Assembly: GCA_025558095.1 (NCBI GenBank)
Contig: JAIVFI010000016.1
Location: 620,001-684,000 of the forward strand
Origin: Hyaloraphidium curvatum SAG 235-1
Lineage: Eukaryota > Fungi > Monoblepharomycota
Direction: 5' to 3'
Length of the DNA stretch: 64,000 bases
Shown here: one piece after another, positions 1 through 12,705 of the stretch
Numbering within the stretch: position 1 is the stretch's first letter
Layout of the letters: each line of letters starts with the position of its first letter
Position numbers and translations under genes: made by a program
Notes under the pieces: model-generated
Told to the model about the DNA's origin: nothing
Databases searched by the model: none
What the model saw: the letters and a program-made list of their open reading frames with translations, nothing else

Positions 1-151
1 CCAGCGCGCGGACCGTTTCCACACCGATCCCGGAGGCGCCGCCCGTGACGATCGAGAGCGTGTTTTCGAGGCCCGAGTTCTCGGAGCCGAGCTCGCCGGT
101 GGCGACGACGGACGCGTCGGTCTTGGCAGGGAACGAGCGGATCTCGGCCAT
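1..151 (-). CDS. Short-chain dehydrogenase/reductase (retinol dehydrogenase/WWOX-like), N-terminal part; runs off window
   Basis: Minus-strand translation from ATG 151: MAEIRSFPAKTDASVV...LSIVTGGASGIGVETVRAL (TGxxxGIG Rossmann motif). Confidence 0.85.
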   Translation of the reverse strand, partial: MAEIRSFPAKTDASVVATGELGSENSGLENTLSIVTGGASGIGVETVRAL

Positions 152-420
152 CTTGTGGAGATGAAGAGGTGTGGAAAGCGGTCCGAGGGCGCTGTTTCGA
201 GAGAACCAGAGTTAAGGAAGTCGGAGCAGAGAGATTCGTAACTCCTACCGGTTCAGGCGGCCGGGGGAGACAGAGGGAGGGGAGGCGGCCCAACCGATTC
301 TTGCGTGGCGTCACGGTAAACAAACAGCTCGTCGGCCATCGCGCGCCCATCGCTTCGTCCAGCGACGTCTCCGGCACCCGATCAACCTTATTTCATCTAT
401 TTCAGACGGCGCCCCACGCG

Positions 421-1765
421 ATGACGCGCCCCGAACCCCCGCTCGGCCACCCGCCGCTCTCCGCGGTCGCCCCCGACGCGTCCGCCACGCTCGCCCGCCT
501 GCGCGACACCTTCTACGCCGCATGCGACCGCCATCTCGCCCGCACCTTTCTCATCTCTCAGGGCGCCGCGAGCTCGCTCCCCGCGGAGCTGCACGCGCTC
601 GTTTCGAGCCTGCCGGACTTCAGCCTGCCGTTCCACCCCTTCTCGCGGCCGGGGCAGGCCACCATCGGCCTCTGGACCGCGCTGTGCGATCCGCCGATGC
701 TGAAGCAGTTCGGGCGGGCGGCGATGGATGCCGCCGGGCGGGCGCGGGAGGCGGCCCGGGGGGCCGAAGGCGCGGTGGTCGAGGCCGCGGAGGGGGTCGG
801 CAGGCGGAGGGCGGATCTGTGGGCGGTGGCGATGATGTGTGCGCGGGTGGACGCGTGGGGTGTGTGGAAGGAGTGGAGGTGGTGGACCGTGGCGGTGGCC
901 GATTTCGGTGGGCCTCTTCGGCGTCTCGTTCCCCGGCGTTGCTGATTCTTTGCCCCGCATTCAAAGCATTCGCGGTCTCACAACACCCCGAATCCCATCC
1001 CGCCGCCATGCTCCTGTACCCCCTTGTGTTTGACTTCTACCTCCTCGACCCGCTCGGCCTGGACCGGTCTCCGGCGCACGTGCCGACCTACCGCGCGGGC
1101 CTGGCGTCGTTCGCCAGGGGTGTGTGCCAGGTACTCGCGGTGAGGGGGACGGAGGGGGACGAGGCGCCGTGGAAGGAGATGGTCGACGTTGGTTGCCCGC
1201 CCTGCTCCACATGGGGCTGCCTGACCGCCCTTGCCTCCCAACCAGGCATCCATCACCCGCCTCCTCTCGGACAGTATCGCACCCTCGGATCTGCCCGCGA
1301 CCACCGTCCCCCTCCTCCGCTTGGATTTCGCCCGCGCCCTCGCGCGTCTCGGCGACGCCCCCGCAGCTCTGGCGCAGCTCGACCTTGTATCCGGCGACGC
1401 GGGGCTGGAAGCGCGGGCGGCGGAGATGAAGGGGAAGATCGAGGCGGGGGAGGATCTCGGGGGGCTGGGAGCGGCAGAGGGCGTGGGGCAGGATGGGGAG
1501 CTGGTTGAAGTGGACCGGGAGGCGGCGAAGGAGTTGCAGGCCGCTGCGGCGGAGGAACCGCTTTGCGGTTGGTCTCGTTCGATTTCGTTCGGACCTCGGC
1601 CGCTCACCCCCAATCCGTCCAGCCTGCCCCTCGTGCGACACCCCGAACCGCGGGGCTGGAACCCCCCTTCTCCGCTGCTCGAGGTGCAAGAAGGCCCGGT
1701 ACTGCTCGCAGAAGTGCCAACAGGCGCATTGGAAGGCGCACAAGGGCGGGTGCAGGGCCGAGTGA
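421..1765 (+). CDS. MYND-type zinc finger protein (4 exons; introns about 908-966, 1188-1244, 1568-1622)
   Basis: Last exon CPSC...RCSRCKKARYCSQKCQQAHWKAHKGGC is a canonical zf-MYND; exons join in frame through GT-AG introns. Confidence 0.85.
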
Positions 1766-2179
1766 TGGCTGGCTGTGCCGGGGGTCCGAAGTGGTGGGGA
1801 GGGGGGGCGGGGGCGGAGAAGGCCGGGGCCTGGCAGGGGTGTCGCACGGGAGGTGATGCGAGCGGGAGAGGGTGTGCCGAATGCCCTATAGGGAGTGAAG
1901 CTGTTGGCCGGCTGCTTGGCGATCCCAAATATGGAGTCCGTATCGGACCCTACTCCGGAAAGCACCGCATCCGACGCTCTGAGCGGGACGATCGATCCGG
2001 AGGTCATAGAGAGGCATCGAAAGTGTCAGGACCCGGCGGCATCAAACGCCTTTCTTGCTTACATTTCGGGTTGCTCCGCATTTTGGGGAAGGGGATGAAG
2101 GGTCCGAAACCGTCCTCGATCGAGTTTCCTGCGATTTTCAAGGGTCGCCCGCCTTCCAGGACACGCACAAACGCCCGAC

Positions 2180-3101
2180 GATGCTCTCCGTGGACTCGTG
2201 CCGCCGCCCGCGGGTGCGCTCCCGCACTTTCTCAGCCGTCGACACCCTTCTGCTCGCCGCGGCGGCGGCGGCCCGGGCGCCCTCGGCCCCTTCGCTGCCC
2301 CGCACGCCCGACGACGTGATCGCCGGCCGGGCCTCGGGCGCCCTGGCGGACTGGCAGTGGGCGCAGAAGTGCGCGTCGGCGGACTTCCAGCGCCCCGCGG
2401 CCGCGGCAGCCGACTTTGGCCCCGCCTGGGCGCCCCCGCACCCGCGGCTCCCGCTGCCCCCGACGCCCGCGGCAACCCCCGACACGCCGATCCCCATCGC
2501 CCTCATCCCGCCCACGCCGACGCCCTCCGACGCGATCGGCACGCCGGCTGCGGTGCAGAACCGCCCGCCGGAGTGGCTGGCGCCCCGCAGGAAGAAGCCG
2601 CGGCCGCCCCCGGAGGAGGGGAGGTGCGCCCACGGGGCGGGGGAGGGCGTGTGCTTCGCATGCCATCTCGAGCGAGTCCCACCGAAATTCGACGGGTTCA
2701 GGAGCCTGCCCGCGGATTTCGAGAGGGGGAGGATGGCGAGGAAGGCGGGGAGCGGGGTGCAGGCCCAATCGAAGCTGGCCGCAAAGTGCCCCGCGAGGCC
2801 GGGCTCGAGGTGCTCCATAGCGTCGTCGGCGGCATCGGGTGCGACGGACAACACTGCGGCCTACCCTATGCCACCGGGGCGGCTGATCGACTCGCCTTCG
2901 ACCCTGTGCGGGGAGGCCAGGGAACCGCAGCCAGCGGTATGGGCGGCGCCCTGGGACAAGCCGATGGAACCTGCCGTCGCGACAAAGACGGTGGATGGAG
3001 GATGGACGAGGAGGAGCCCGTCGCCGGCCGCCTCCGTCAGGGGCGTCATGCTCGACGGCGAGGCGCACTGGACGGGGCTGCCGACCTTTGTCGAGGCCTG
3101 A
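2180..3101 (+). CDS. Hypothetical Pro/Ala-rich protein
   Basis: ORF MLSVDSCRRPR...TFVEA with coding-like composition; no family recognised. Confidence 0.55.
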
Positions 3102-3483
3102 AGGGCGGTGGTTACCCTGTTGCGTTTCGGGTCCTTGCGAAACTGTTGGGGGCCTTGTTTGTTGCAATGCACTGCGATCCGACATCAGAGAACCGACGTG
3201 TCCTGCCCTGCTATCCGGTTGCAGGGGCCCTGCTATCGAAAGGGGGTCTGTTGCCGACTCTGAATCCAAGTCCCGCGACGGACAACAGAGAACTCCACAA
3301 CAGAGAGTTGCCTATTGTCACCGTTCACTGCTCGGAGAGCCTCGGACGTCCTGCATCCCGCGCCGGCGGGGAGTTGGAGTGATGAGCTGCCCGTGGACAA
3401 GTACGACGATCGGCCACCTTCTCCATCCGCAACCCGTGCATCAGCACCGGTTCGTCCATTGCACGAACCCGCCCGGTCCGCCC

Positions 3484-5967
3484 CTACACGAACCCTCCGC
3501 CGTCGTCCGGCCCCCCCGCCGCTCCCAACCCCGCGCCGATCGGCGCCCCCGCCTGCCCCCCCAGCACCCTCTTCCACGCCGCATGCCAGAAGCTCCACCC
3601 CCTCGCCTGCAGCCCCACGGCCTCCAGCTCCCCCGCCTCGAACGCCGCCGTGTGCACGCCGACCTGCGCGGCCGCCTGCGCCGCGAGCCCCTCGTACGCC
3701 TCCGAGCCGGGGCCAGGGGGCAAGGAGGAGGCGAGCTCGGCGGCGGCGAGGTACTTGCGGTGGACGAGGCCGGTGCGGAGGATGCAGTACTGGAAGAAGG
3801 GGGCGGAGAGCTGGGTGATGGGCTTGCCGAGCGATAGGAGGCGTTGGAGGAGGTAGGTGGCGCGTATCGCGTGTTCCTGACACTAGAAACGGGGAGAGGG
3901 TGAGCACCTCGCGCTCGGAAACGGGACCGCGATCGAACGCACGATCAAGAAGGCCGGGCTCGCTAGCCACTCGTACGACACCTCCGACGACCAAAGCTCC
4001 CCCTCGCCCGGGCTCGACAGGAGCACCTGGGCCGAGTGGAACATCATCAAGGGGTACGCCAGGTGCCCCATCATCCCGTCCTCCCTGTCCCACTCGGCGT
4101 CCCGAGTAAACCCGTGCAGCCGCAGCACCCGCGTGTCCAGGTTCTTGATCATGGGCGGGAGCTCCTCCCACCACGACGCCATCTCGGCGAGCAGCCCGTG
4201 GCGCGCGGGCGAGTCGGCGTAGGGCGCGGCGGGGTGCAGCCGGCGGTGACGCACCGCGCGCTCGCAGAAGGAGGTCACGCGGACGTAGGCGGCGACGGGG
4301 TCGAAGACGCCGGTGCGGTCCAGGGAGGTGGTGAGCTGCCAGGGGATGCGGGTGCGGTCCTCCGTGCGCGGGGGGGACGCCGAGGTCGGGCTGTGGGGGC
4401 CAGTGACGGTGGCGCTGCGGAGGACGGCGGAGAGCATGGCGGCCGACGCGCCAGAAAAGGGGTACAGGTGGGCGAGCTCGCTGGCGGCGACGGCGGAGGT
4501 GGGGGATGAGATTGTCGAGCCCCTGCGCCCCATTATGGGGGCGGCCGGGGGCTGGAAAGGAGAGGCAGGCGGGCGCGCGGCGGGGGCTGGCGTGGGAGGC
4601 GGCTCGGTCTTGACCTCCTCCAGCGGCGCGGCCTTGGACGCCTCGTAGAGCTGGTCCGTCGTGTGCAGCCCCATCCCCGCGCTCTCGTCGAGCGCGATCA
4701 GCGGCTCGCCATGGTACATGATGGCCAGCTGCCTGTCCATCAGCGCCAGGATCCACCACGATCTGCGCGCGCGCTCGAGCAGCGCCGGGGCGCGGCGGCC
4801 CCGCCCGCCGCCGTAGAGGTCCTCGCGGTTCAGCGCCGCGGCCCTGGCGGTGCGCACGGCGAGCGTGAGCACGGTGCGGAAATCCGAAAACGGGTCCGCG
4901 GTCGGGCTCGAGAAGCTCGAGGCCACGCTGAGGAGGTGCGCCAGGCTCGCGACGACGTAAACGGCCGTCCGCTTGTACTCGTCCGCCCGCGGGCCCCAAT
5001 CCGTCCCGAGAGGAAACAAGTTATCGTAGCCCTGCAGCGTGGCCTCGAGCGCCGGCATGAGGGTCAGCTGGACCCGGTCAAAGGCCGCGCGGAGCAGTGC
5101 GCGGTGCAGCTCCGGGCCGAGCGTGCGGCCGAGTTCCTTGTCCCACCAGAGCGCCCAGAAGGCGACCGAATAAAAGACGTAGTCGGGCAGCACGCCGGCA
5201 TCGATCTCGGCGAGGAGCTCGCTGCGGATCAGCTGCGGGAAGCTCACGTACAGCCGCAAGTAGCTCGTGAAGACGAGGCCGAGGGATGTGCCACCGTCTG
5301 GAAGCGCCGGTACCCGTGCCACGGGTATCGGCACGGGCAAATTCGGCGTCGGCACGGGCAAGTTCAGCGGGAATGGGGCGCCCCAGGGAGGTGCCAGCGC
5401 CATGAAGGTTGCCGGGGCCAGGGGCGAGTCCGACGGCCCCGGAAAATTCGAAGCTCCGGCCAGGCCCAACGAGGCGACGAAATTCAGTGCCCGAAGCGAG
5501 TCAACGCGCCCGGGAGCGGCTTCGGAAGGCAGGAACACGTGCTGTCCCGGCGAGCCGTCCACGCCGGGAAAGAGGTTCGCGGGCAGCCCGGTGCCCGCCC
5601 GCCAGCCGGCCAGCCCCTCGTCCTCGGGCTCGTGCTTCACCGCAACGGTCCTCCCCGGCGTGCCCGGCGGCGACTCCGAGCGGCTCTCGGCGCGCGGCCG
5701 CCTGGGCAGCCGCGACGGGTGCACGAAGCCGGGCGCGTGCCGCTTCGCCCAGCGCGCGGCGGCGACGGCGCCGCCGATCGGGTCGCCCGCGCCGCGGCCG
5801 CCGGCGGTCTTCTTCTTGGCGACCTCGAAGACGCACTCCAATTTGAGCCGCGCGCACCGCCGGCACGTCCGCGGCGGCGCCTCGGTCTCGCAGCGTTTAC
5901 GACTCGCCGTACAATTTAAGCACGACCACCGCAGCACTGAGGCGTCGGGCGCAACGGCGTCCGCCAT
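3484..5967 (-). CDS. Zn(II)2Cys6 fungal transcription factor with middle homology region (one intron about 3883-3930)
   Basis: SCLNCTASRKRC...CRRCARLKLEC binuclear cluster; ERARRSWWILALMDRQLA fungal-TF motif; last exon CQEHAIRAT...GGGFV*. Confidence 0.92.
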
Positions 5968-6388
5968 CGCCGTCGGAGGCCGCAAGTTGTGAATGGGGGT
6001 TTCGGGCTCGCGATTTGATGGTGGCGAAAGGGTCGGTCCAGACCTTCATCGGAACCCATCGGGAGGCTCTCCAGGCACGGTTTGCCGAGAGAAAAACCAT
6101 CGGATCCGTTCGAACGCGCCGGGGAAGTGACAATCCGCCGTCGGTTCGTGTTCTCGGGGTGCCGGCCGGCCAGGGTTCCGGCAACCCCCGAAACCCGGGA
6201 TCGATCCTTGTTCCCATCCCCACGCATGCACCGCTCGGCCTCGGGTCGTTCGCGGAACCACCTCGGACATGGATCGGCGCCGGGAACGGTCCGAGTTGGA
6301 AATTCCTTGCACATGCAACCGGAGCCCTTTTATCATCCGCCAAGAATGTAGTCCCCGCTTGGATGCCTGGGATGCGCACCTCCGTCCA

Positions 6389-8162
6389 TCACCACCGGGC
6401 CCTCCGCCTCGTGCTGGTACGCCTTTTGGTCGTCTTCCTTCGCGTCGTGGTCTTCCTGCGCCGCGACGTCGTCTTCTTCCTCCTGCTCGTCGTCCGCCCG
6501 CGCTTCGTGCTCTTCAGCCGCAAGCTGGTAGTCCGCACGACGGCCGTCGTCGTCGTCGCCGTTGCGGTAGTCCCCGGCGCCGGATCGTAGATCGGAGGCA
6601 GCACCGGCACCGTCGGCCTCCACCCCTCCGGCAACCCCCCCGTCACCGCCCTCCCGTCCAGCACGTACCCCCCGTCGCTCGGCACCCCCTCCGCCCCCCA
6701 CACGAACCCCCGCCCCTCCGCCGACAGCAGGAACCCCGCCAGCTCCTGCACCATCGCCCACCCATCCCGGCCCACCGGCACGATGTCCTCGGGGGGCAGT
6801 ACGAACCCCCTCCCGCCCGCGTCGGAGCGCAGCTCCGCCGTGAACGCGAGCATCCCCGCCGCGGCGGCCCAGTCCGCCATCGTCCCCGACGCGGGGTACA
6901 GCTGCGCGGAGCGGATCGCGGCGTACTCGGCCCCCGTGGCCGCGCGGATGCGGCCGACGATGGATGCCGAGAGCGCCGCGATCTCCCCGTCCTCGGGCGG
7001 CACCGCGTTGCCGAACCCCCAGCTCCGAAGCACCAGCTGCCCGTACGAATGCAGGTCCACCATCGCGGACCTCCTCGTCAGCCCCATCACGTATTTGTGC
7101 ACCGCCGCGCTCTCGGGCTCGCTGAGGGGGGCGGGGCCGCGGTAGCTCCCCGCGTTCGGGTTGCCCGACGAGCCGGGCTCGCGGCCCCATTGGTACGGGA
7201 AGTTGCGGTTCAGGTCGACGCCGGGGCCGGAGCGGTTTTTGCGCCAGAAGCGGTCGGTGGTTTGCGTGTACTCGTAGCTGCGGTGTGTCGGATGGGAGGG
7301 GTCAGGGAGGATGCGGTGCCAAGTTCGGCCGGGATGCTCACCCGTCGGGATTGGCGAGCGGGCAGAAGAGCCACTCGAAGCGATCGAGCAGCTCCGGCGC
7401 GGTGGAGTGCGAGTTGATGAGCGAGGAGAGGATGTAGAGCGCGGTGGTGAGGGTGATCCACTCGCGCGCGTGCAGCAGCCCGTTGATCCTTGATTGCCCG
7501 ATGAACCGATGAAGCAGGTCAGCAGCCGACACATCCCATCAGCAAGAAAAGACGCACCATATCTGCTTCTTCTCCTCCGCGCGCCCCGCGGCCCCGGTCA
7601 GCCTGAACACCCAGATGTCCCGCCCCTCCACGGATTCTCCGATGCTCTCGAGCGACCCGTTCACCCCCGCCGGCAGCCCCGCCGCCAGCCCGCGGAGGTA
7701 CGCGACGGTCTCGTCGTACCGCGGGAAACGGGCAAGGAAGGTGCCCTCCCGCGGCGCGTCCATCTGCGCGCCGGCCGGTCCCGCCGTCCCGCCGGAAAGC
7801 GCGATCCCGGCGTACACGTCCTCGGCCAGCACATCGCACGCGGCCCCCGCGATCCTCTCGATCTCTGCCCTCGCCTCCGGCTCCACCCTGACGGCGATCC
7901 GCTCCCCATCGCGTCCCTCGGCGCCCCACACGTCCGCGCCCGCTCCGTCCGCCCGCGCGCCGAACGCCGCCCGCTCCCCCCGCGGCACCGCGCAGCCGAG
8001 CAGCAGCGTCCGCGGGTCCGGCGGGGCGGCGGCCGCGGGCAGCAGCAGCGCGGCGAGGAGCAGCGGGAGGAGGCGGCAAAGCGGCAGGGCCCGGCGGGAG
8101 ATTGCCGCGCCGTGCCGGGCATCGCGGCCCTCTGCCCCGGCGGGCGAGCGGAAACGGCGCAT
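6389..8162 (-). CDS. Secreted M14 zinc carboxypeptidase (2 introns) with a basic Thr/Arg/Lys tail
   Basis: HAREW, NPDGYEYT, WRKNR, GVDLNRNF, DLHSYGQ, ELR motifs; hydrophobic signal LLPLLLAALLLPAAAA. Confidence 0.93.
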
Positions 8163-8476
8163 GGAAGTGTGCTGTTGGTGGTTGGTTCGGTATTGGCGGA
8201 AGATGCCGGGAGGAACGGCCGATGGAGTGGCTCGGCGTCGGACCCGGCCGTCGGACGGAGGCTGGTGGACTTGCAGGCTGGTGTCTGATCTGTGACCGTT
8301 CGTCCGACGGTCCGATATGACCGGGCGATCGGGCGGCGGAGGCGGAAAAGGACGGATGAAATGCCGGATGACCAAGTCGTTGAGCTGGGGCGGGATTGCA
8401 CGGCGCCGGGGGAAGATCGACACGGTCGATTGGCCGCGATCGTGGCCGCACCCCCCTCCGGCACCCAACTCCCGGC

Positions 8477-9345
8477 CTACCGCCCGGCCTTCTCCTCCGG
8501 TCTCACTCCCGCCCTCTCCCCAAAGTACCTCCACCCCACCGCCACCCCGACCGCCAGCAGCACCAGCATCGCGACGAGCCACCACGCCGTCGCCCTGAGC
8601 GCGAGCGCCGCAACGATGCCGAGGAGGCCGTTGGTAAGCCCCAGGGTGAGCACCTTTTTGCCGGCGTCCGAGGCGATCGACGGGCCGTGCTTGCGGAGCC
8701 ATTGCAGCACGATGGCTCGGAGGTCCGCGGCAACGGGGGCGGGGTCCTTCGTGGCATCCGTCGCGGGTTCGCCGTTCCCATCCATTCCGAGGCTCTGCAT
8801 TCTTGGTGGCACGGCCAATCCCGGCCCCCGAAGGCTCTGCCCCCTCGGCGGCACCTGCAGCGTCCCCCCCCGCACATCCATCGGCCCGGGCAGCGTCGAA
8901 TACGGGGGCGGCGCGTCCTCCGGCAGCTTCACCTCCGCCTCAACCCGCCCGGGCACGGGGCTCGGCGTCCTCCCCTTTGCGAGGTACGATGCGTGCACCA
9001 TCATCTGCCTCGGCGTGCGGCCCATCACCGCGTCCCCCTCGAGCGTCTCCAGCCCCGTCTCGGCGGTCCACACCACGCCGCCGCGCCCGTCCGATGCGTT
9101 CCATTCCGCGGTGATGTCCTCGAGGACGGCGGCGAGGGCGCGCACGAGGCGGCAGACATCGGCGTGGCCGCGCGGCGCCCTGCCCCCCGCGCCCTCCGCG
9201 GCGGCGGAGAGCAGCGATGCGAGCTCGGCGGCGCGCGGCGCCCACTTCCCCGGCGGCACGATGCCGTCGAGCGCGGGCGGCAGCGACGCGGGCCAGCACG
9301 GCGTCGCGCGGAGGGCGCCGTCGGGGAGGCGGGAGAAGCTGACCG
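8477..9345 (-). CDS. Hypothetical protein with C-terminal hydrophobic helices; start uncertain
   Basis: ORF ending ...LLGIVAALALRATAWWLVAMLVLLAVGVAVGWRYF; contains a PPPY motif. Confidence 0.55.
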
Positions 9346-9627
9346 CCGCGAGGGGGACGGTGGTCGGCGAGGGACGGGACCTCAGCCGAGGATCAGTAGG
9401 GGACCTCGATCCGGGGTGCAGGGTTGTCCTCGGTGCGGGATGGCGCGGGATGGGACAAGGTCCCTTGAAAGGGACCGGGCAACGAGGCTCAGCTCACTCC
9501 CGCTCCACGGCGCGGGATGGAGGACGACCAGACGTGCTGCCAATACTCCCGATCCTTGCCTTCCAGCACGCTCTATGTTCCAGTCCGTCCACCGGCCAAA
9601 AGCTGCAGACACTGCCCACCGCGCAGA

Positions 9628-10798
9628 TTACGCCTTGGGCGCTCGGGACACAAAGTCCTCAAAGTTGAACCGCGGGTACTCCTTCATCTCGCCCCCCTCC
9701 CCGCACACCGCCCACGCGGTGCCGCGGTACTTTTCCTGCTCGGCGATGACGGCGATGTAGCTGTCGATGAGCCTGTCCATCGGCGTCCCTGGGAGCAGGA
9801 TCAGCCGTCGTCGGCGGTGCGGCCCGAGGAGGGAGGACCCACAGCCGCCGCACCAGTCATGGAATGGTGCCCATACGGGATGCACGGCAAACTCCTCCTT
9901 GCTCGAGACGGGGTACTGTCGCGCGAAAAGGATGAGCGTAGTCGAGACCGAGGCGGACGCAAGTCCGAGAACGAACCACAGGATCGCGTTGCCAGATCGC
10001 CGTCCACACCAGACCCGGCAAAACTGCATTGTAAGTTTGCTTGGCTTTCCCCGGTCCCCCGGCCTTGTCGTCCACGATGGCCTGGAGGACCTCGATGAAC
10101 TGGATCTGGGCGGCCTTGGAGACGGGGTCTTCCGGGCAAGCGCGAGGGCAAGCGCGAGGTCAGAAGGATGCTCAGGAAACCTTAAGCGGGGAGGGAACCC
10201 ACAGGTGATGGCGCCGTACGTGCCGGCCGACGGGTACACGCCGTGCATCCCCAGGATCGACGAGGTGACCACGTACGCGCCCTGCTTGTCGTTCTTGAGC
10301 CAGTGGCTCGACGCGATCCTGCCCAGCAGCATCGGGCTGACGAGGTTGCCCGCCAGCCCCCTCTTCCACCCGTCGTCCGACTTTTCGTTGTCCGCCAGGA
10401 TGTCGTTCAGGAACTCCTCCGAGTCGAAACCGCTGTTTGCCACGGCAATGTCGACGCCGCCGAACTCGGAAAGCGCGTAGGCGAACGCAGCGTGCACGTC
10501 CGACTCGATGCAGGCGTCCATCCTGACGAAGCGGACCTCTGCGCCGGCGTACCGCTTCCGCAGGTCCTCGAGCACCGTGGCGGCGAGCGCGGCGTTCCGA
10601 TTCGCGATGACCACGCGGGCACCGAGGGAGAGCAGACGCTCGACGAGGGCGAGGCCGATGCCCTGCCGTGCGGAGGTTGGAGTCCCGACGTGGAGACGGC
10701 ACCGTTGTGAGCATGACGGCGATAGCGCCCTCCAGGGCCGCGACGCGTACCTCGGTGCCGCCGGTCACGAGCGCGACCTTGGACTTGATGTCGAACAT
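9628..10798 (-). CDS. SDR oxidoreductase (15-hydroxyprostaglandin dehydrogenase-like), multi-exon
   Basis: MFDIKSKVALVTGGTE/GIGLAL, VDIAVANSG, YGVSK after splicing. Confidence 0.88.
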
Positions 10799-11193
10799 GT
10801 TCGGGCGGCGCCCTGACGCGTGTCGAATGTGCGATGGGGGCGGACGGGGTCGGAGAGTTCAGTGGCGACGGCACAGCCGCCGCCGATCGACCTGGCGCTG
10901 ATCGGACGCGGAAGCGCTTCGCCGCAACCTCCGCCAGATGGCACTCGACGACATCCATCATCAAAATGGAATCCTGAGCTGCGGGATCGCTAGGCCTTCC
11001 GATTGTGGCGCGTAGACGTTTGTAAGTGACCCCATTCTCCACAGGGCATTGTGCACTAGCAGGGCCGGCAAAGGCGGTTCAGTGGGCCGACTGGATCGTT
11101 TTGCAATCAGATTGGAATATCAATGTTCAGATATACATGACGCAGTGCTTCTGATTTAGGTCTTTTGGGAATGCAATCGATGAGCCGGACGGC

Positions 11194-12384
11194 TCAGACA
11201 GCAAGGCAGAGGACCAGCACGGCCCCTGCCGCAGCCGCAAGACCAGCCCAAGAACCCGATCGCCGTGCGGACGACGGCGGGTTCCGCGTGAGCCCCTGCG
11301 CCGGCGCAGACTGCGTCGTTGCAGCCTGCGACGCCGTCCTCGTGGCCGCCGCCGTCGTCGTGGCCGCGGGTGCCGCCGTGGTGGTGGTCGGCTCGTCCGC
11401 CGCGCTCCCGTACGTGTCCCGCTGGACGCCATTGAGGGCGTCCACGACCCGCAGCACGGAGTAGTCCACCTGCTCGTAGAAGTCCACCGAGACGAAGTTG
11501 ACCTGCGGGCGGCCGTAGGTGGCCAGGCAGTCGTTGACGTGCGCTTCGATGGACGCCAGCGAGTTGGTCGTGGCGATCTGGTTGCGCGCGGGGACCTGGA
11601 TGGTCGCGCTGAAGTTGTTGTACATCAGGTGATTCAGGAGGAAGAGCTGCCGCGGGATCAGTGCGCCCGAACCCGAGTCGTACGGCTGGTGCTGCTTGCA
11701 GGTGAAGGCAGATTGCACCGTCTGGAGCCAGTAGTTGGAAGCAACGAAGCCCAGCTCGGCGTGCAGCCAGCCCTGGCTCTTGTGCACAGTGTCCTGCCCC
11801 GGCACCACCACCCTGTCCGCAAACACAACGCACTGCTTCTGCTGCACCCTCGTCAGGTTCCGTAGCGTGGGCCACGGCGTCCCATCGTCAGGGTGTGCGT
11901 AGCACAGGCGCGCCAGGTCCGCGGCTTCAAAGTCCGCGATGATTTCGGAGGCCGGGTACGATTGCTGGTTCTCCAGGAAGATGGTGACCACCTCGTTCGG
12001 GTTGGCTACGAGCCACTCCTTGATCGAAGCCAGGTAGATCTGCATCGGCCCTGCGTCGGCAAAGATGGTGTTGGTGGTGTCGCCGCACTGCCCATGGCAC
12101 AGATGGATTTCGTTCGGATCCGCGTTCTTCGGGTTCTTCAGCAGCGACAGCTTCAAACCCCTGATCCCGTCGTCGAGCTGTCTCTCCAGCGGGCGGTTCT
12201 GATTCGCCGAGATGGAGGTGCCGACGGCGTAGGCATTGTGGGTCAGGGCGACCGCGACCTCCGAGTAGCGCTTGGCACACAGCGCCTGGAAGCCGTTGCA
12301 GCGCAGCGTCGCCTGGGCGGCGGCAAAGGGCAGGAAGAATGCTGCCAGCACCAGCAGGCAAATGAGAAGGGAGTTCCGGCCCAT
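11194..12384 (-). CDS. Secreted PI-PLC X-domain-like phosphodiesterase, probably GPI-anchored
   Basis: Signal peptide; CNG..LC.KRYSEV...THNAY, QLDDGIRGL, HLCHG, NPNEVVTIFLEN, NFVSVDFY; Thr-rich linker and hydrophobic C-terminus. Confidence 0.88.
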   Translation of the reverse strand: MGRNSLLICLLVLAAFFLPFAAAQATLRCNGFQALCAKRYSEVAVALTHNAYAVGTSISANQNRPLERQLDDGIRGLKLSLLKNPKNADPNEIHLCHGQCGDTTNTIFADAGPMQIYLASIKEWLVANPNEVVTIFLENQQSYPASEIIADFEAADLARLCYAHPDDGTPWPTLRNLTRVQQKQCVVFADRVVVPGQDTVHKSQGWLHAELGFVASNYWLQTVQSAFTCKQHQPYDSGSGALIPRQLFLLNHLMYNNFSATIQVPARNQIATTNSLASIEAHVNDCLATYGRPQVNFVSVDFYEQVDYSVLRVVDALNGVQRDTYGSAADEPTTTTAAPAATTTAAATRTASQAATTQSAPAQGLTRNPPSSARRSGSWAGLAAAAGAVLVLCLAV

Positions 12385-12705
12385 TGTAGGGCGTCGGTCG
12401 TGCGGTGCCACCACAGCGCCGTGGGCCAGGGTGTCGCGCCTTCCCGCCCGTGAGGCCGCAAGTCCCCGCCACTCAGTCCGCGCTCAATGAAGCAGCGCCT
12501 CGATATGCTGCGGGGCGCGGGATTCGCTGTGGACGGGGCTCAGCAACGCAATGCTTTGTTTGGGCCTCTCCGCGTGACGCTGCGCCCAGAACGGCAAGGG
12601 GCGGAGCATTGGGGGGCGCCTCTGGACCAATCGTGAATCGTGGATGTATACCATGCAATTGCGAAGAGTATGCCATTATTCAGATCGCAGATCCAAGAAT
12701 GCAAA

